DNA from: an uncultured delta proteobacterium
Lineage (GTDB): Bacteria > Myxococcota_A > Polyangia > Polyangiales > JADJMO01
Assembly: GCA_903923175.1 (NCBI GenBank)
Contig: CAIXWQ010000822.1
Location: 1 to 48,732, forward strand
Direction of reading: 5' to 3'
Length of the DNA stretch: 48,732 nucleotides
Shown: one piece after another, positions 47,070 to 48,732 of the stretch
Layout: each line of letters starts with the position of its first letter
How positions within the stretch are numbered: the stretch's first letter is position 1
Translations under genes and position numbers: made by a program
The notes under the pieces: generated by a model
Seen by the model: only the letters and a program-made list of their open reading frames with translations
Database searches by the model: none
What the model was told of the DNA's origin: nothing

Positions 47070-48601
47070 GCGCGCCGGCGACCAAGCGCATGCGCATCGC
47101 CTACGGCCGCATCGCGCAGGAGACGCACGCGCTCTCGCCTGTGCCGACCACCACCGAGGACTTCCGTCGCGCCATCTTCATGGAGGGGGACGAGCTCGCC
47201 CGCGCGGCCTCCAAGGACGGCGAGGAGGCCCCCGGGTTCATGAAGAACGCGGAGCTGTCCGGGTTCGTGCGCGCCGCGCACGCGGCCAGGCAGCGCGGGC
47301 TCGAGGTCGAGACGGTGCCGACGCTCTCGGCGTGGGCCATCCCGGGCGGGCCGCTCCCGCGCGACACGTTCGACGAGCTGCTCTCGCGCCTGCTCTCGCG
47401 CCTGCGCGACGCAGGGCCGGTCGACGGCACGTTCCTGAGCCTGCACGGCGCGCTCGGCGTCGTGGGGCTGCGTGACCCCGAGTCGCTGATCCTCGAAGCG
47501 GTCAAGGAGGCCACCGGCGGCAAGCCGGTCACCGTGACCCAGGATTTCCACGCGAACCTCACCGAGCGTCGGGTGCGCGCGGCGGAGGCGATCGTCGCCT
47601 ATCGGACCAACCCGCATCGCGATCACGCCAAGGTCGGCTTCGAGGCGGGCGAGATCCTGATTCGAACGATTGCCAATCAGGTGAAGCCGGTGAGCGCGTG
47701 GCGCTCGCTGCCGATGCTCCTCGGCGGCGGCACCACGCTCGATTTCCTGCCGCCCTTCCTGCAGACCTTCCTGCGCATGCGCTCGATGCGGCGCGATCCG
47801 AGGGTGCTCGCCACCTCCGTGTACGGCTGCCACCTCTGGAACGACGACCCCGATCTCGGCTGGTCGGCGCACGTGGTCACCGACGGCGATCGCGACCTCG
47901 CCGAGCGCCTCGCCGACGAGCTCGCCGAGCGGCTCTGGGCCATGCGCCACCAGATGCCGCCCCGCTTTCCGCCGATCGAGGAGGCGATCGTCGAGGCCCG
48001 CAAGGCGAGGATCGCGCGCAAGCTCGGCGTGGTGGCCTTCGCCGACGCGAGCGACGTCGTCTCGGCCGGCGCGCCCGGCGAGAACACGCGCATCCTCGAG
48101 GCGCTCCTGAAGGACGGGCGCGATCTGGTCAGCTACGTCCCGCTGCGCGACCCCGAGGTCGTCGCCAAGCTCTGGGACGTCGCGGTCGGCGAGACGGTCC
48201 GCGTCGAGGTCGGCGGCAAGCTCGATCCGAAGACGAACGAGCCGCTCGCGGTCGAAGGCCGGCTGCTCCGCACGCAGCGCATGCTGGGGCTCGGCCGGCT
48301 CGCGGTGCTCGATCTCGGCCCGGTGAAGCTCGTGCTCACCGAGCTCGCGGCCTTCTCGGTGAAGCCGGCGTTCTACCAGGACGTCGGGCTGCCGATCTTG
48401 AAGGCCGACGTGGTCGTGGTGAAGAACTACTTCCCGTTCCGGCTCTTCTATCTCCCCTACGCGCGCAAGACGATCTACGTGAAGACCCGAGGGCTCACGG
48501 ATTTCGACGCGGCCTACGTGCTGAACTTCGCCGATCCGATGCACCCGCGCGATCACGTCGAGGACTGGCGGCCGGCCGATCGTCGACGAAGGGGGGTCTG
48601 A
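47066..48601 (+). CDS. M81 family metallopeptidase/amidohydrolase (MlrC-like)
   Basis: ATGA overlap with the lyase gene. QETHALSP, LSLHGA, DFHAN, YRTNPHRD, DASDVVSAGAPGE and VVVK motifs. Confidence 0.9.
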   Translation: MSAPATKRMRIAYGRIAQETHALSPVPTTTEDFRRAIFMEGDELARAASKDGEEAPGFMKNAELSGFVRAAHAARQRGLEVETVPTLSAWAIPGGPLPRDTFDELLSRLLSRLRDAGPVDGTFLSLHGALGVVGLRDPESLILEAVKEATGGKPVTVTQDFHANLTERRVRAAEAIVAYRTNPHRDHAKVGFEAGEILIRTIANQVKPVSAWRSLPMLLGGGTTLDFLPPFLQTFLRMRSMRRDPRVLATSVYGCHLWNDDPDLGWSAHVVTDGDRDLAERLADELAERLWAMRHQMPPRFPPIEEAIVEARKARIARKLGVVAFADASDVVSAGAPGENTRILEALLKDGRDLVSYVPLRDPEVVAKLWDVAVGETVRVEVGGKLDPKTNEPLAVEGRLLRTQRMLGLGRLAVLDLGPVKLVLTELAAFSVKPAFYQDVGLPILKADVVVVKNYFPFRLFYLPYARKTIYVKTRGLTDFDAAYVLNFADPMHPRDHVEDWRPADRRRRGV

Positions 48602-48732
48602 GGCCTGGCTGGTCGCCGAAGCTGGCCGCTCTCTGCCAATCTCCCGCCGAGCGACACCGCAATCGCTCGAGCGTTTCGCGCGACCTGCCGAGGGGCACTG
48701 GTTGCGCAGGCTGCTTCTCCGCGGCCTGCTAG

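Noticed and set aside
47066-48601. Microcystin degradation (mlr) cluster
   Set aside because: No mlrA, mlrB or mlrD is in the window, and M81 homologs are widespread.

Overview
Very GC-rich bacterial DNA, most likely Myxococcota (Polyangia/Sorangiineae-like). Supporting clues are a TIGR04551-type outer-membrane protein, Cys-rich lipoproteins and a Ser/Thr kinase-FGE fusion. About 27 real genes are present; most long ORFs in the supplied track are antisense or shadow frames. (1) 1-14091 is a polyhydroxyalkanoate (PHA)-centred locus. It contains phaR, absent from the ORF track, and an operon of lipoprotein, alpha/beta hydrolase (1-nt frameshift), TIGR04551 barrel and a paralogous lipoprotein. 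It also contains a Cys-His-His FabH-like enzyme and a second operon of MFS, PhaZ7-like lipoprotein hydrolase, porin-like protein, CoA-transferase and a divergent PhaC-like protein. Four PhaR-type TGC-N3-GCA boxes sit in the two divergent promoter regions. I infer a pathway that scavenges external PHA or hydroxyacids and re-polymerises them. (2) 14111-26546 is mixed accessory content: Cys-rich lipoproteins, kinase/FGE pair, GH31, a P-loop protein, an unannotated 44-aa RCCGH-repeat peptide, DUF4337 and a molybdopterin oxidoreductase. (3) 26565-44573 (minus strand) is a lipid/polyketide operon: acyl-CoA dehydrogenase, a KS-AT-KS-ACPx4-KR-DH synthase, a single-chain biotin carboxylase-BCCP-carboxyltransferase, an Sfp-type PPTase and an HMG-CoA lyase-like enzyme. 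All four ACPs have Thr where the phosphopantetheine-accepting Ser should be, and the biotin carboxylase motifs are degenerate. (4) 45087-48601 carries TerB-like, sphingosine-1-phosphate lyase-like and M81/MlrC genes. I saw no rRNA, tRNA, CRISPR or mobile element. All family calls come from motif recognition by eye; no searches were run.
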